Assembly (NCBI RefSeq): GCF_009914755.1
Contig: NC_060927.1
DNA length: 64,000 nucleotides
Strand: one strand, 5' to 3'
Source of the DNA: the human T2T-CHM13v2.0 reference genome, Homo sapiens
This document shows positions 19,406 through 39,672 of the stretch, piece by piece. Below the pieces are notes generated by a model. That model did no database searches. It was given only the letters and a program-made list of their open reading frames with translations, and had not been told where the DNA came from. Position numbers and translations under genes: made by a program. How positions within the stretch are numbered: position 1 is the first letter of the stretch; each line of letters opens with the position of its first letter.

Positions 19406-19567
19406 CCAGGAGCCATTGATTTCTGCCCCAGCTCAACCTATGGAGTTTACTTACCTACATAAAATGTTCATAATTCTTATCTTATGGAAAAACCTCTTTG
19501 TACAACACAAAGGACTTACACAAAGTGATCGGAAAAGTGTCACTAAATGTGAAATACTAAACTATAA

Positions 19568-20188
<621 letters not shown>

Positions 20189-20964
20189 CCCAATGTTCAT
20201 ATTTTCATCTGTGGCCAAAATCTTGATGGTTTTAACAATTTATATTCTAATCATTTCCTAAACTTAAGCTTCTCATGTTTAGATTACAAACTTGCTTTCT
20301 CTATAGTCTTGAAATTACCTAATTCCTCAGCCTGAAAGACTTATTTCAATCACTTCACATAACCTCCAAATTTGAACTTAAAAATCAAGGAAGATTTTAA
20401 GTTAGGAAACATGCCCAGAAGCATGCCTAAGGTAAAAGGCAATCCCAGGGCACAGCTAAGCCAAATGACAAGCTAGATTTCTGGGAAGCTGCCACTTACT
20501 ATTAATCTCAACCTGACAATTGTCTTACAAATGATATTGATAAATCATTTAATTACTATGGTCCAGTTCAAATATGTATCATTTTACTGCCTTGTTACCA
20601 GTTATGGCATACAAAGCACAGTAAATGATGAAGTTTCTGGGCTTTTCTTAGTTAACCTGAAGACCTGGCTTGTCAGTGTTCAGACTTGCTAAAACTTATT
20701 TACATATTTATCTCAGTATAATCCAAATGTCTGGGTTAGAATCTATTTTCTAAGTGTTTACTTTCTTTAGAAAGTAGAATTGCATGCACCTGAGACCTCT
20801 GGAATTTGCTATAGCATTGGACTAGATGTCCACTAATATACCTGAACAATCTTACCTTTAAAGTCAACATCCGTTAGGTTCTAGCAACTTCCTATTTCTC
20901 ATTCCTTTAAACCTTTTAATACCTATTGTTTCTTTCCACATACTAGTACTTTCCTAAAGACATA

Positions 20965-20998
20965 TTAGGTTGGCGCAAAAGTAACTGCACCAATCTAG
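20965..20998. mobile_element. Internally deleted MADE1 remnant (34 bp)
   Basis: TA-TTAGGTTGGCGCAAAAGTAAC/TGCACCAATCTAG-TA: both TIR ends and the TA TSD are kept, the centre is lost. Confidence 0.8.
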
Positions 20999-21254
20999 TA
21001 TTTTCAAAATCCAGTACACATTTAGGCTTTGTATGCAACTCCCTGTAATGTGTTTCTATTTCAGTGCAACCATCTCTGGCAATTAGAAAAATAACAAAAT
21101 TAGAATGAATGAATACTTAATATCCTCCATCCAAATCCATACCAAAAACAAGCCCCAAATATATTGACAGTCCTGGAAATGATGTATCCTACTTTCATTT
21201 AAAAAATAAAACAGAGTAAAGGAACTAACTAGATGTATAGTACCTGATGCCACA

Positions 21255-21564
<310 letters not shown>

Positions 21565-22008
21565 TAAAAATCTTGCATAACTCCACAGTTCTCAAAATAG
21601 CTAATAAAGAAACCATGTCTCCAATAATTTCGATACAAGCTGTAAGTGCCTTAAAAATTTCAGCTCTGGCATTACTTCTATTTAAAAGTGTCAAGATAAA
21701 AGTTCACTGAAACATCTGCTGCCACTATTACTTTAGGAATCTGTATCCATTTAGGGATTTTTTTCTTCTAGAGTATTATAGCCAGTTTGTCAATAAAAAG
21801 TAGCATTCAGTATGCTTAACTTTCACTATCAAAAAATGATCTGCTAAGAAGTGACAGTTGGATTTAATCCAAGAAGTCCTTGTTTTCTATTTTACAAGAA
21901 CTCAACTTTCCCAATTAAGTTGTTAGTCATTAAGATAGGTACCCTTTCCAAAAGTGATTCAACAGCCTGGTTTTTAGCAAATAAAAACTCCATATAAAAT
22001 TCAATTTA

Positions 22009-22347
<339 letters not shown>

Positions 22348-22409
22348 TCAGAAACCAGGAAACGCGTGACGATAAACAGGATCCTATTTGATTGTCTTTA
22401 TGACTTTTA

Positions 22410-22749
<340 letters not shown>

Positions 22750-24265
22750 TTATTATCCACCAGTAAGAGAAAGGTTCACAATTTTAGCTCTTGATACAAA
22801 GTGAACTAGGAGGCAAATTTATATCCATCAGATACAACTAATGGACCAACTTTTTAAGTTCTGGCTATCTTGAAAACTTGCAACATACCAGGTATTGCTG
22901 TGTTGTCTCTCAAGATAGCAATGGGTGACACTGCGTAGAAGTTGTGAAGTGTTTTTAATAGCAGGTGTTTTCTATAATATGCTGCTGGAAATCAGAGGTT
23001 TATAAACATGGTACATGTTCAGAAATGAGTTAGATACTTGAAAAATCTAAACACACTGATTTAGGAGTGTGTATGTTGCAGTCTTAAGAGGGGTCAATAG
23101 TCCTTATGGACTAAATTAATCTCTGGGTAGCAGGTATATTAGACATTAGCATCAGTGCAGAACATGCTCAGCATAAGATCCAAAACACCAGCACAAGTTT
23201 ATCCATCATTAAAAACAATTACCTCCTTCCTAAAATATCAGAATAGTAGGTAACTGAGATTAATAAATCTAATCCAAATAAGTAACTCTTGTAATGCACA
23301 ATTTCCCTTTTAGAAGTATATGTGAGAACCAATCAGCTAAATAGAAATGTTTAAGATTGAAGATGTCCAATATTTTTAAAACTGGACATTACCATATACA
23401 GGTAGAACATTTCTAAAAATGAAGTGACGAACGATTCTTAAAACTTTTTTAAAAATTCCTTCCCTGTTTAACAATAAATGTGGCAGAATAAAAGACAATC
23501 CTAGAAAACTTTTCTTATTCATCATTCTCTCCATGGATGTTTTAATACGTGGTGATGCTCCCATTAAAGGAATCCATTATTAACCTAATTTTCTAATGGA
23601 GGAAGAGGGAGAAGATAATTATTACTTTCTGTGGAACAAATACTCAACTTAGGACCAAATAATAACAATCTAGGAAATTTAGAAACAGTAAAGATTTTCG
23701 GTTTATATTTAATGGATGGTGCTGCTGTTCTAACCTTATAAAGTAAAGCTGCCTGCTTCCCAAATTCCAAAAATTAAAATACTCCCCAACCTCATCCTAC
23801 CAACCAGTGCCCTTTAGATTTTTTTGCTTGTTTTAGAACAAGGAAGGTTTAAATGGTTGCTGATTATGGATATACCATTTTGATTTTAGGATCTTTCACA
23901 CACAGAAATCATACCAAATGGCCAGACACTTACTGTATAGAACACTTTAAATATTACACATTGGCCAAATCAACTTATTCCACCCACCCTGGTGGAGGCG
24001 GGGCGGGGAAACCCATACCTGTAAAGCTACTTCACTTGACAGGATGTGTCTACCAACAATAAGTAGCTTAAACAACTTTCACCAATAAGATGTCTAGTTT
24101 AGATTTTAAAATAGGAAAGTCATGCATTTAAAAAGTAAATATAGTTAAAAATGTAAATCAGTTATAATTTGAACCTGATGAACCATGCAAGGAGCAAGGA
24201 AAGGTTAATAAACCAATGTGCTTTGAATTTGTTCAAGTACTGATATTTCTGTATGTCAAGATTTA

Positions 24266-24267
<2 letters not shown>

Positions 24268-24314
<47 letters not shown>
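24268..24314. repeat. (TA)n microsatellite
   Basis: About 23 pure TA units inside the retrocopied UTR. Confidence 0.95.
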
Positions 24315-24315
<1 letters not shown>

Positions 24316-24692
24316 CAGCTATCATGGGAAGTGAAAAAAGATTTTTCCCCAAAAATGAAAATATTAAAACTAAGTTAAAATACATATAGTTAGTATCCCA
24401 CACAGCATAAAATTTGACAAATCAAAGTTTAACATGTCCCAGTTGACCATGTGTGAAAATGCAAAGCAGATATTAAAACCAATATGTCCAATATTTAAAA
24501 CCAGTTTGTGATTGGGGAACTTCTAAATCCTTAATTAAAAAACACAAATGAAGTGAAAGCTTTAAACTGGTACACACTGTTCACATCTATATTTCAGGTT
24601 TGGAAATGCATATTTGCAAGCAGCAATACAAAAGTATTCATGAAGAATGCATAATCTCTGAAAATTATGAAAACATCCCTGCTACCATTACC

Positions 24693-24966
<274 letters not shown>

Positions 24967-25185
24967 ACCAATACATTTCTAAATACAAAACTGACTATCA
25001 TATTTGTTACTTCTGTGTAGCGAGAGATGTTCATTTTTAAAACAGATAAAACTCAGTCTTTAGGTGTGAATGGTATGAATGACAGTTTTTTTTTTTTAAT
25101 TTCTTAGTTGTTTGGAATCCTTAAGCGTGCAAAAGCTTTGAACAGAAGAGTTCACAAAGGAACCAGGGTTGTCTTATGGCATCAG

Positions 25186-26904
<1,719 letters not shown>

Positions 26905-27639
26905 TCTTCCTTCCTTTCACTGATGCCTGCTGTGTGCCTGCCCTGGCTGGGCTGGCTGCTACCACTAGGCAGGACTGTGACACACACACCCCTAGCAGTG
27001 CTCCCAGCCGAGTGAAGCCCTCCCTAAGGTTGATTTGATGAGAAGGGAGCATAGGAAAGGCCTGTCTCTAAGAGAGGAGGCCTGATTTTCTCTCCTGAGC
27101 TGGGAGCAGAAAAGTTGAGTTGTTTCCCAGCTCTGCTTATAACCATGGGACCAAAGTCTCTTCTCTCCCTGGGCCTTGCTCTGGGCAGTGGGGTGATGGA
27201 GAGAAGCTCTACAGACCTTCTCAGTGCCTTTGTGCTGGGTCATGTGATAGATCTAATATGATGGCCAGGGAGGGGCTGCTGGGGATGGGCAGCCTTGGCA
27301 GGTGGAGGCAGGGCAGTCTGCAGGCACTAAATGTTTTGTCTGCCATCGCTGGCAAGACTCCAGCACCTAGAGGATTAAATAGGGCATACAAATAATAGCC
27401 TTACTGTGGTGCCTGACTCTTAACTGGTGCTTACCAAATGGAATTCTCTTCTCCCATGCTAGCTCCCTGAGGGTGTAACTGGCACCTGCACACATCAGCC
27501 AGATCCCTCCCTTGCAGCAAGATTTTGGGTTCCTGGAGGATGCCTGCCATCCCCTACAGCCAGGCCCACCTCCAGATGGGATGATGGGTGGGCTCTTTAA
27601 GGAAACTGAGGGTCTGGGGCAGAGAAACCTCAAAAGAAG

Positions 27640-28570
<931 letters not shown>

Positions 28571-29654
28571 CAGTAAGAGAATAAGCCTCCAGGGTATGCT
28601 CGATAGGAGGAGTCTCTTGGGAGGGAGCAGCTGCAAGGAGGAGCAGGCAGTGGCCCTGGGCCTGCATATTAGTGCTTCCTTTTTTCAACTCACCCTGCAG
28701 GCCCCTGGCTGAGAATTGAGCCTCCTGGTCAGTGATAATGGGAATATCTAACCCACTGGCTGGGGAATAAGGTCATAAACATGTAAATGGCAGTTTACAG
28801 CAGGGCGATTTTGGTGGCTTTTATCACCAGTATGTCAGTGCCTTTTATGGCAACTCATAAATATACCTCCTATTTAGTTTCAGCAGATTACAGCCAAGGC
28901 CAAGTCATGCCCTCAAGTGGGCTGGACCACATGTCACCTCCAAAGGGCTTTTCTGAGGCCCCAGGACTGCCTGGCAGGAGTGGGACCAGAGGGTCAGCTG
29001 TAGCCAACCTGGCTGGAGGAAGTCAGCCCAACACTTTCCTTTGGGGATCCTGATGCAGGAGGGGACAGGGCTTGACCTTAGTAGACCCTCACAACTGCAC
29101 CCAATATGAGCCAACCTTGTGGTGTCTTCTCCCTAAGCTCAGCCCATCCACTTCTCCCTTCCTCCAAGCACCAGCCCTGTCTCAGACTGCCCCCCATCCA
29201 TGCTAAACTTCTGAGCACTGGCTCTGCAGGAGAGACCCCCCCCACCAAGGTACCCACATACACTCACTGGGCACAGAGACCACAGTCACCGTTTATTGGG
29301 CACCTACTCGACACGGTGCCTCCTGCCCAGCAGCTGTCCACCTCACATGTGTGTGGCACTCATCAGATGACCTGTCCATGGGTGGGTTCCTTTAATCCTC
29401 ACCACAACCCTGCAAGGTAGGCAGTATTCTGTCCACTTTACAGGTGACAGAACAGAGGCTTTCAGAAAAGTCACCTGGCCATTGTGTCTCCACCTAGCCA
29501 GGGTTAGACATTTTCCAACATAACATCCAAGAGCTGCAGCCAGGCAGAAAGCCTGGTCCTGGCCCTGTCCCCTGCACTCCCTCTAGAGTCAACCTCTCCA
29601 GGTGGGGCAAAGGGAAGCGAGAAAATACAACAAAGGATTTAAATCCAGAATGTA

Positions 29655-30340
<686 letters not shown>

Positions 30341-31051
30341 TATAAAGATCTACAAATGAATAAGGAAAAGATAAAAACCATAGTGGAAAAATGGGGAAAG
30401 GATATAAGCAGATTCTTCATGGTAAAAGGAAATAAATAAAATTCAGAGAGGTGAGGGGGAAAAAGAAAAAAAAGGAAATAAAAATGATCACTCAGTAAGA
30501 AAAGATAAGCAAACTCATAAGCAATGAGACAAATTCCCATTGAAGAGAGAGGTTTTAGCAAAGTGTTAGTACAACAAGTGCCTATGCTGGGGGTGGGCAC
30601 AGGCTTTTTGGAGGGTGACTTAGCCCCTGCCCCCCAGCTCAGCAATTCTACTTCCCAGCGCCTCCCCGTAGAGAGCCTGGCAGAGACCTGCACTGTGGCG
30701 GCCACTGCAGTGAGCTGTAACAGCACCGCTGAAAACAGCCTGGATGTCCAGCAATAGGGGATGAGGTAAACCCTGTGGGTTTCCCATATATGCACAGCCT
30801 AGTGGCAATTACAAGGACTGAGGAGGGAAATGTTTGGCTTTGGGATGCTGTGTGTCTATGGAGACAGACTACTCCCCACTGTCCCCTGCAGCAGAGCAGG
30901 CTCTCCGGGAGGCACCCTAGCTGTGGATTCAGGAAGATGGGGCTGGCTAGATGTTTCCTGCCCTGCTTGGAGGTTGGCTTCCCCCATCTCCCACCTGCCC
31001 CCATCCCAACCCAAACCTAACTGCAGTGGTTGGGGATAAAGGAGAAAATAA

Positions 31052-32103
<1,052 letters not shown>

Positions 32104-33758
32104 TAAAAATTTTTTTTGAAAGCTTAAAACAAGGAAGGAAAAGGGAAAACGGAAGCTAAGGAGACCAGTGAAGAAGCTGTTGGCAAAGGGTGGTAAGACC
32201 TGAGCCGGCGTGTCCCCATCTGTGAAATGGGTACACCGATCCCTATGGTCACTGAAGCTGTTGAGAGGACCCCTGCGCTAATGAGAGTGAACTCTGCAGT
32301 CTGTGAGGTTGGTGCCCCAGATACTTAGCTGGAGGACAGGACTCTGCCCAAGTCCCTTGTATGGGCCTACCTATGGGGCCACCCTCCTCGCTATGCCTGA
32401 TCCTCACAGGTTTCAGCACACTGGCCCCAGGTCACAGGGGCCGACCTGGGACATAGAGAAAGATCCAGCCATGGGGCTACCTCCCAGAGCAGACACCAGC
32501 CCTTGACGGGCCCAGCAGCCATGTTGGGTCTCCATGCAATTTAGTCTTATGAGCCACAGCTCAGCTTAGACTCAGGCTCCAGGAATAGGTCCCCAAGACA
32601 CTCTCATTCCCCAGTGGTTCCCAGCAGTATTGGGACAACCAAAATCAGCCTCAAACTGCTCAGGCCTTCCCCAGGGATATGACACTCAGCAGCTCCTGGG
32701 GCTGCCCAGGCTGAGAACTACCTATCCCCAGCCCCAGGTAGAGAGCCCCAAGTCTGGCTGTAAGAACAAGGTGAAGCCAAAGACTCAAAAGCAGGTCCTT
32801 GCCTCCCGTGACTGCAGGCACAGCCCAGTGAGGGGCAGCAGGGCTGCCAATGGTCCCCTGAATTGGCACCCACTTCCTGGGTTTAGCACCACTGTGGCCT
32901 CAAGAGGCCCTAAAGGAGGGTTGTCATGGCATGCACCATGGGTTCCTCACATAGTTCCTCTGGCCCAGGGGAACACGTGTCCTAGAGGCAGCTGCTCCTG
33001 GCGTCACTGTTGGTAGGTCCAGATGAAGGACAGGCCTCTGCCTGGGAGTGTCAGGATGCAGAGAGGCTGCCTCATTCCTGCTGCGGCAGCCAGGGTCCCC
33101 ACACACTCACACTCATGTCAGCGAGGTCACAGGAGGTCGTCTCTACATGAGGCTGTGATAAGGCTGCGTGGGAGCCTGCATGCAGGCTCAGCATCATCCT
33201 GCCCGGGCGGGAACCCTGGTCCACCCTTGCTGTAGGACTTCAGTCAAATGACAGCCTCTCTTGACCCTCAGTTTCCCCAACTGCAAAAGTAGCACCCGAC
33301 AACATGCACTGACCCCCCAGGGCTGCTGGGCGTGCTTGGCTGATGGTTCACTCTCAGAAGTATCTGTCCCTACCCACCTCGTAGGTGCGGTCAGGTGAGT
33401 TCTTCTCTGCCTCTGTTTCCACACTGCACCTGGAAGAAGCTGGAGGACCTGCTCTCCTAATTGCTCCTCTACCACTGATGTTGTAAGAAGGGGACACTGA
33501 CTTGTCACTCTCTGCCAATGTAGGAGCCAGGCACTGTCTCTGTTGGCTCAGGGCTGGGCTCCCAGGAAGTAAAAGCCTAAAGGCTCAGGGAGGCCATTTA
33601 AGGTCTAGGGTCCAGTGGACTTTCGGACGCATCGCAGCCTCCGCTGAGCCCTTCTAGCAGGCTTGTGGTGACTGCACCCTGGGGCGGCTGCTCCATTGTT
33701 TCCTGTCAGTCCCGCTCATCTGCTCAACAACCCTTTGGAGGAAACACACAGGAGGGTC

Positions 33759-33772
33759 CTGCCCTCTAGTGG
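33759..33772 (-). promoter_or_regulatory. CTCF-binding motif
   Basis: Minus strand CCACTAGAGGGCAG matches the CTCF core CCASYAGRKGGCRS exactly, in unique CpG-enriched sequence. Confidence 0.7.
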
Positions 33773-34299
33773 CTGCCGGCGGCCAGGTCTCTCCTCACAG
33801 GGCTCCGCCCGCGACCTCAGAGGAGCCCACCGCCCTCTCTGCCTGCTCTAGTGCCTGCCGCACAGCAACAAGCAGGCATTTCCTGGGGGTGAAGCCGAGG
33901 CTGGCCCCATGAGCTGACACCCAGCAATCTTCATCTCCGAGCACCTTTGAGTCCTGGGGGGCCCTGCTTCCAGATGTGAGCCCCCAGCCCGTGGGGCTGG
34001 GTGGTCCTGGGCTGTGCCACAGGGTTTCAGCCCACCGCGAAGGAGGCCTGACGGTGTCCAGGTCGAGGGCACCTGTGGGCAATGATTGACATAACACTGC
34101 AGAGAGAGAGCCTGGTGGGGCACCGGCCTCTGCCCAGGCTGGGTTCCGGGGCCTTCCCCCATGTGCCCACATCCCATGCTTCCCCCGTTACAGCCTCTGC
34201 CGTCAGACTGCGCACCAGCATCTGTGGGTGAGGAGAGAACCTGGGCTGGGGCTTGACACAAAAGGGGCTTTGCCTCTGGACACCCCCACCTGTGCCGCA

Positions 34300-34360
34300 A
34301 GTGGAGGGGGCGGGGAAACGGGGAGGAGGGAAAGTAAGCGGAAGTCCCGCCTCTGTGGAA
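34300..34360. promoter_or_regulatory. GC-box/ETS cluster (enhancer or cryptic promoter)
   Basis: GGGGCGGGG (34307-34315), GCGGAAGT (34338-34345) and adjacent CCCGCC; locally elevated CpG over ~33.6-34.6 kb. Confidence 0.5.
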
Positions 34361-37300
34361 GCGCCTCTGCACCCTTTGTCCCCCAAGGGAAGCACAAGTG
34401 TGTGGCCAGTCAGATAAAGCAGGCCTTTCCTTGCCTTTATGGAGCCACGGGCTGAGGCTGGACCAAGGGTCAGTGAGGGGTTCAGGAGGCCCCCTCTGCG
34501 CCTCTCTTCCAGGCCCTGAGCCCATCATTCCCTTCGTTGTTAGAGTGAAACTGTGAAGAGCCGCAGCTCTGTGCCGGGCGAAGAGGATTTGGCAGTGAAA
34601 AGGATGAGCTTGCCTTGCCCTGGGGGCAACTGGCACCTGGGGTAAGAGGTGGCCGGTGAGAGCCTGAGCCCTCTGGAGAGCAGAGGCCCCGTTGTGCACA
34701 GAGCCAGTATACCCAATGCTCGGGGAGCTCCCAACAACCCTACCCAGCCCTGCGGGAGACCACAAAGCTCTAGGGAAGAGCCTGTCCCAGGAAGCACAGG
34801 GCTTCGAAGTTCTGACAAGGACATCGGAGTTCCAGGCCCACCCCACACATGCACACACTTCCTGCTTCCAATTAGCACTAATTGGACGACTGGGAAAACC
34901 CACAGACCATGAAGCAGAAGCAGTTAGGTCTGCGGGGCCCCGGTGAGGCAGGCCCTGCGAGGGCCCAGGTGAGCCAGGCTCTGGGGGATGGGCCCTGGGG
35001 TCTCTGTCTCTCTGAGAGGGGATCAGGTGATCAGGGCCACATCTGCCAGGATCCCTACTGGCCCCTCTGGAAGACGGAAATTGTCCCAGGGCCAGGGCAG
35101 AAGCTGGGTGTGGGGGAGCCTGACAAACACCCCCTCTCAGCCTGGCATTTAAGGCTCCCCTAAACCTGGCCCTACCAGCATCCCCCCTCCCAACCTGGTC
35201 TCTTTCATTTCTTCTGCTCCTAGTTCTCACTGCCTAAGTCACCCACTGATTAATTCTTTATGTCACTCCATCTATTCATGTATTACGTGTCCAGGAGCCC
35301 TCCTGTGGCCAGATCCTGGGACCACAGAGATGGATGTGCCAGGCTTGGCTGGTCAGGTGGACCTTGGAGCCAGGACCTTTTCCAGGGTCCCCAGAGCACT
35401 GGATGGTCAGAATCAAAACAGGGCTAAGGCAGGTCCAGGGGAGGGGAGGGTCCTGATGCTCACCTCCTTCCTACTTGAGCAGCCCTCTCTCCTACCACCT
35501 ATCCAGCTAGGCCTGGGCCCAGGTTGGCAGAGACCACATTGCAGGGCAACCCCTCTGCTGGCTCCACTTCATTCTTGGTGGGAAGAAGGAGGCCAGGCTG
35601 AGCACTGCATGCGTATGAATAGAAGTATCAGCTTTGCTTGGCACTCTCTGGGTGAGGCTTTGTGTCCCTTGATCCTTTAGACCGCACTCAGGGTATGTGC
35701 CAGGCTGTGTCCACATCCATGGCCAAGCTCAAGACAGAAGCTCTGCCAGGAACAGCTAGGACTAGGGGGCAAGAAGAGAAGCAGGCACCAAATCTGAGCT
35801 GCTCTGGGGTGGGTCTAGCCCGTGGGGAGAAGCAGGGACTGGCCCTTAGCAAGAGGCTGGCTCTGGAACTTGCATGCTGGAGTAGTCTGGGCCCCAGCCC
35901 CAGAGTGAGGGCCCCGAGTCAACCCTTTATATAATACTGCATGGCTCAGGCCCTCAGCCCTGAGCAGGGGTAGTGAGAACAAGGCCCCTTGCCCCACAGG
36001 TGTATGTCGGGCCTGACCCTTGGGCCCCGTTCTCCAGAACATCCCCACCACAGAGACAGAGGCTCAGCTCCACTCCCTTCCCTTCCCCTGCTTAGAGACC
36101 AACCTGGTCCTGGGCAATTTGGTGTTGCCATGACAACCACATACTTTCTTCTTCCCCACTTAGCCGATTGAATCTGAGTTGCAGATGAAATCCTGGTGAG
36201 TTGTGTGTTTAGAAAGCATGCGGCCATTTGGAGTGCTCCATGCATCTTTCATCTCCCAGACACCTCTGACACCCATCCCTTGTCTCTTGATGGCTGAGGG
36301 AGAGGATATGCGGCCTGTACCCTCTCCCTATGCCTGGGGTAGTCCTGGCCCAATGGCACAGCCTCCTTGAGGTACAGCCTCTGGCATGCAGGAACACATG
36401 GATGACATTCTCATGGGCAGCCTCTGTGGTGAGTGGGCCCTGTGAGCTGGATGGCAGTCACCAGGAGCCTCCGACAATGCATAGTCCTCTCCATCGTGAG
36501 GCATGTGGTGTCTGGGTAAGAGCTCTTGACTCAGGAGGCTCTCTCTGTCCCCTTCAGGAATGTGTGCTGCCCTTAAGGACTTGGGCCACCAAGACTGGGA
36601 GTTGCTGGCCAGGGGCCCCCAGCATCATCTTAACCTTCATGCATTCCCTAGGGCTGACCTTAGCCTCCTCTGACCAGCAATGAAGAGTCACCTGCAGCAC
36701 AAAGCTGGCTGGGAGCAGGCTCAGAGCTCAGCCCCGAGATGGGGGAGACGAGACACAGGGAAGTAGTAAAAGTGGCCCCATCTGTGATGAGCAGGGTGCT
36801 GGTGGCCCTGGGAGGCAACCTCAGCTTGGCAGTTGGGTAGGGCTGGTTTAGCAAGTTTAAGGGGAAGTTAACATGGGGTGATCAGAGAAAAGTGGGGCTG
36901 GCTCTTTCTCCGATCTGCCTGGGTGGGGGATGGAAATCAGCATGGGGCATCTTACCAGGAATGGTCACCCAGGATGGACAGGGAGACCTGCCTCTGTCCT
37001 CTACACTCAGGGCCTGAGGCCCCTGCCCCACACTGCAGATGTTAAACCCACAAAGTGGTCCCATTTGTGTGGCTGCCGCCCCACTGGGCTGCAGCATCCT
37101 GGGCAGGCGGTTGGCCCTTGAGCATAACTGTACCTCCTTATCTAGGCCTGCATTTCCACCCGGATCTTACTACCTCTCTGAGCCTCAATGTCTTCCCTCT
37201 GGGGAAGGGAGGCAGGGGCAAACGGATAGGTTGGTAAGAGTGGAATAAGTAGTGAGGGGTTCCTGGAGCAATGTCTCCAGGGAAAGCACACCTGCTGGGT

Positions 37301-37576
37301 GTATTTGGTCAGATTTGTATGATTTTGTAGGGAAGAATATAAAGTACAAATATAAAAAAGCAAATAAAAAAGACAGATAATTATAGCTTGAGGAAAAACA
37401 AAGAATCATAGCAGAAAGGAAATAGAATACTACTTGGTTTAGCAGAAAACAATGTTTGCGTAGCGTTAAACATGTAAACACTGAATATCAACTTACGCCA
37501 AATCATAGCATTTGAAGGATGGGGAGGAAATGTATGGAGAGGTGGCTATCAGCTCATTTTCCATAGTAGGAAATCA

Positions 37577-37890
<314 letters not shown>

Positions 37891-37919
37891 GAGTGAAAGA
37901 GTCAAAAGAACTGAAAGCA

Positions 37920-38042
37920 ATGGGTCAAGAAGAGGGGAATCAGTATTTCCAGCCTTGCAGTATTGCTCAACCTTAAAACTATGGGTCAAGAAGAGGGGAA
38001 TTAGTATTTCCAGCCTTGCAGTATTGTTCAACCTTTAAAACT
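37920..38042. repeat. 61/62-bp tandem duplication
   Basis: atgggtcaagaagagggg...aaccttaaaact x2, with 2 substitutions and 1 indel. Confidence 0.95.
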
Positions 38043-39386
38043 ATGTACCATACGTGTATTGTTTTGATCAAAAGAGAAATTAAATATAAAAGCAGGTAGG
38101 ATTAATATAAAACCTCTTAAACACTGAGGCTTGAGAGGTTTAGTAAACTGCCCAAGATCATGGTGTAAAGGACACAGCAGAGCTGGAACCTACACTAGGG
38201 TCTGTCTGTGCCAGAGCCCACAGCAGGCATGAGCGTGGAGTGATCTTGTCAAAACCTTAGAATCCACCCTTGGACCAGGCAGCTCAAAGACCTTCCCCAA
38301 GCACCAATGCATGCTACAAAGATGAGCCTCCAGCATAAGGGGCTGCACCCCATGCCTGTGGGCAGGGAAACAAGGCCCTTGAGCAAACCCCTTCCAAAGC
38401 CACTAGCCCACAGAGGCCCTGTCGCCCACAGAAGGAGCCAGAGCAGTTGGCAGAGCCCCTTCCTCGGCTGTTCCGCTTCTGTTTACTGGGTGGCTTTTGT
38501 TCCCTAGCTTCCCATCCAGCTAGGCTGGTTAATCAGATTCTCTGAGGGGAGGGCTGGGGCATCAGTGACTTTACTGACACCCAGAGGAATTGCTTCTTGG
38601 GAAGCAATTACTTGTGACAGGTGCACACTCCCAGCGGCTGAGCTTGTCTGTGGCTGAGGATGCCGTGGAGCCTGGGGGGACAGGTCCTTGTTGCTGGCTT
38701 GTGCTCAGCAGGGACACCAAGGTCCACTGCTCCTCCATGGTTTTCTTGGCCTCTGCAGGAGGAAAGACTGTCAGCTGAATGACCAAGTGACAGGTTGCCA
38801 CGATGTCACAATTAATACAGACCATTGACTGGGAGGCTGGCATCATGCAAAGCCCTTTTCAGATGTGGAACCCAGGCGATCTGAACGGTTTGGCCCACTG
38901 ACCTACAGGTCCTGAGTCTCAGGCTCCAGGCTGGCTGGTCATCAACTCAATATGACCTGGGCAGGCTCCCTTCCATCCTAGGCTCTCTTAGGGGCGAGGC
39001 TGGGGCTGAGAGGCGGTGAAGTTCACTCTCAGGGTTCATCAGCAGGCAAAATGGAGAAGGAGACCAGGCTCTTGGAGGACTCTGTGTCAGGATATTCACT
39101 TAACAGTTTACAACATAGAAAGTGCTGGGAATAACCTGCAATGGCATATTATAGTAAAAAAGGATGCTGTGCAGGACAGTGTGAGCACGGCACAGGTGCG
39201 TACCACGGGCAAAGTCAGGACTGGCCTCGGGCAGGACATGGACCCAGTGTTTCTGTGACTTTCTGCAGGGCACTGGTTGCCCTCAGGATAATTTGTAATT
39301 AAATAGCAAGAAATACATAAAATACATAATATCAGGAGATAAAATCACTTATCAGGAAAAATAACACATGGTATAGAATATTTTAA

Positions 39387-39672
<286 letters not shown>

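Noticed and set aside
33848-35230. 460-aa minus-strand ORF
   Set aside because: The start codon is not ATG, there is no recognisable homology, and it lies in GC-rich intergenic DNA. A BLASTP/PhyloCSF check could overturn this, but I see no support.
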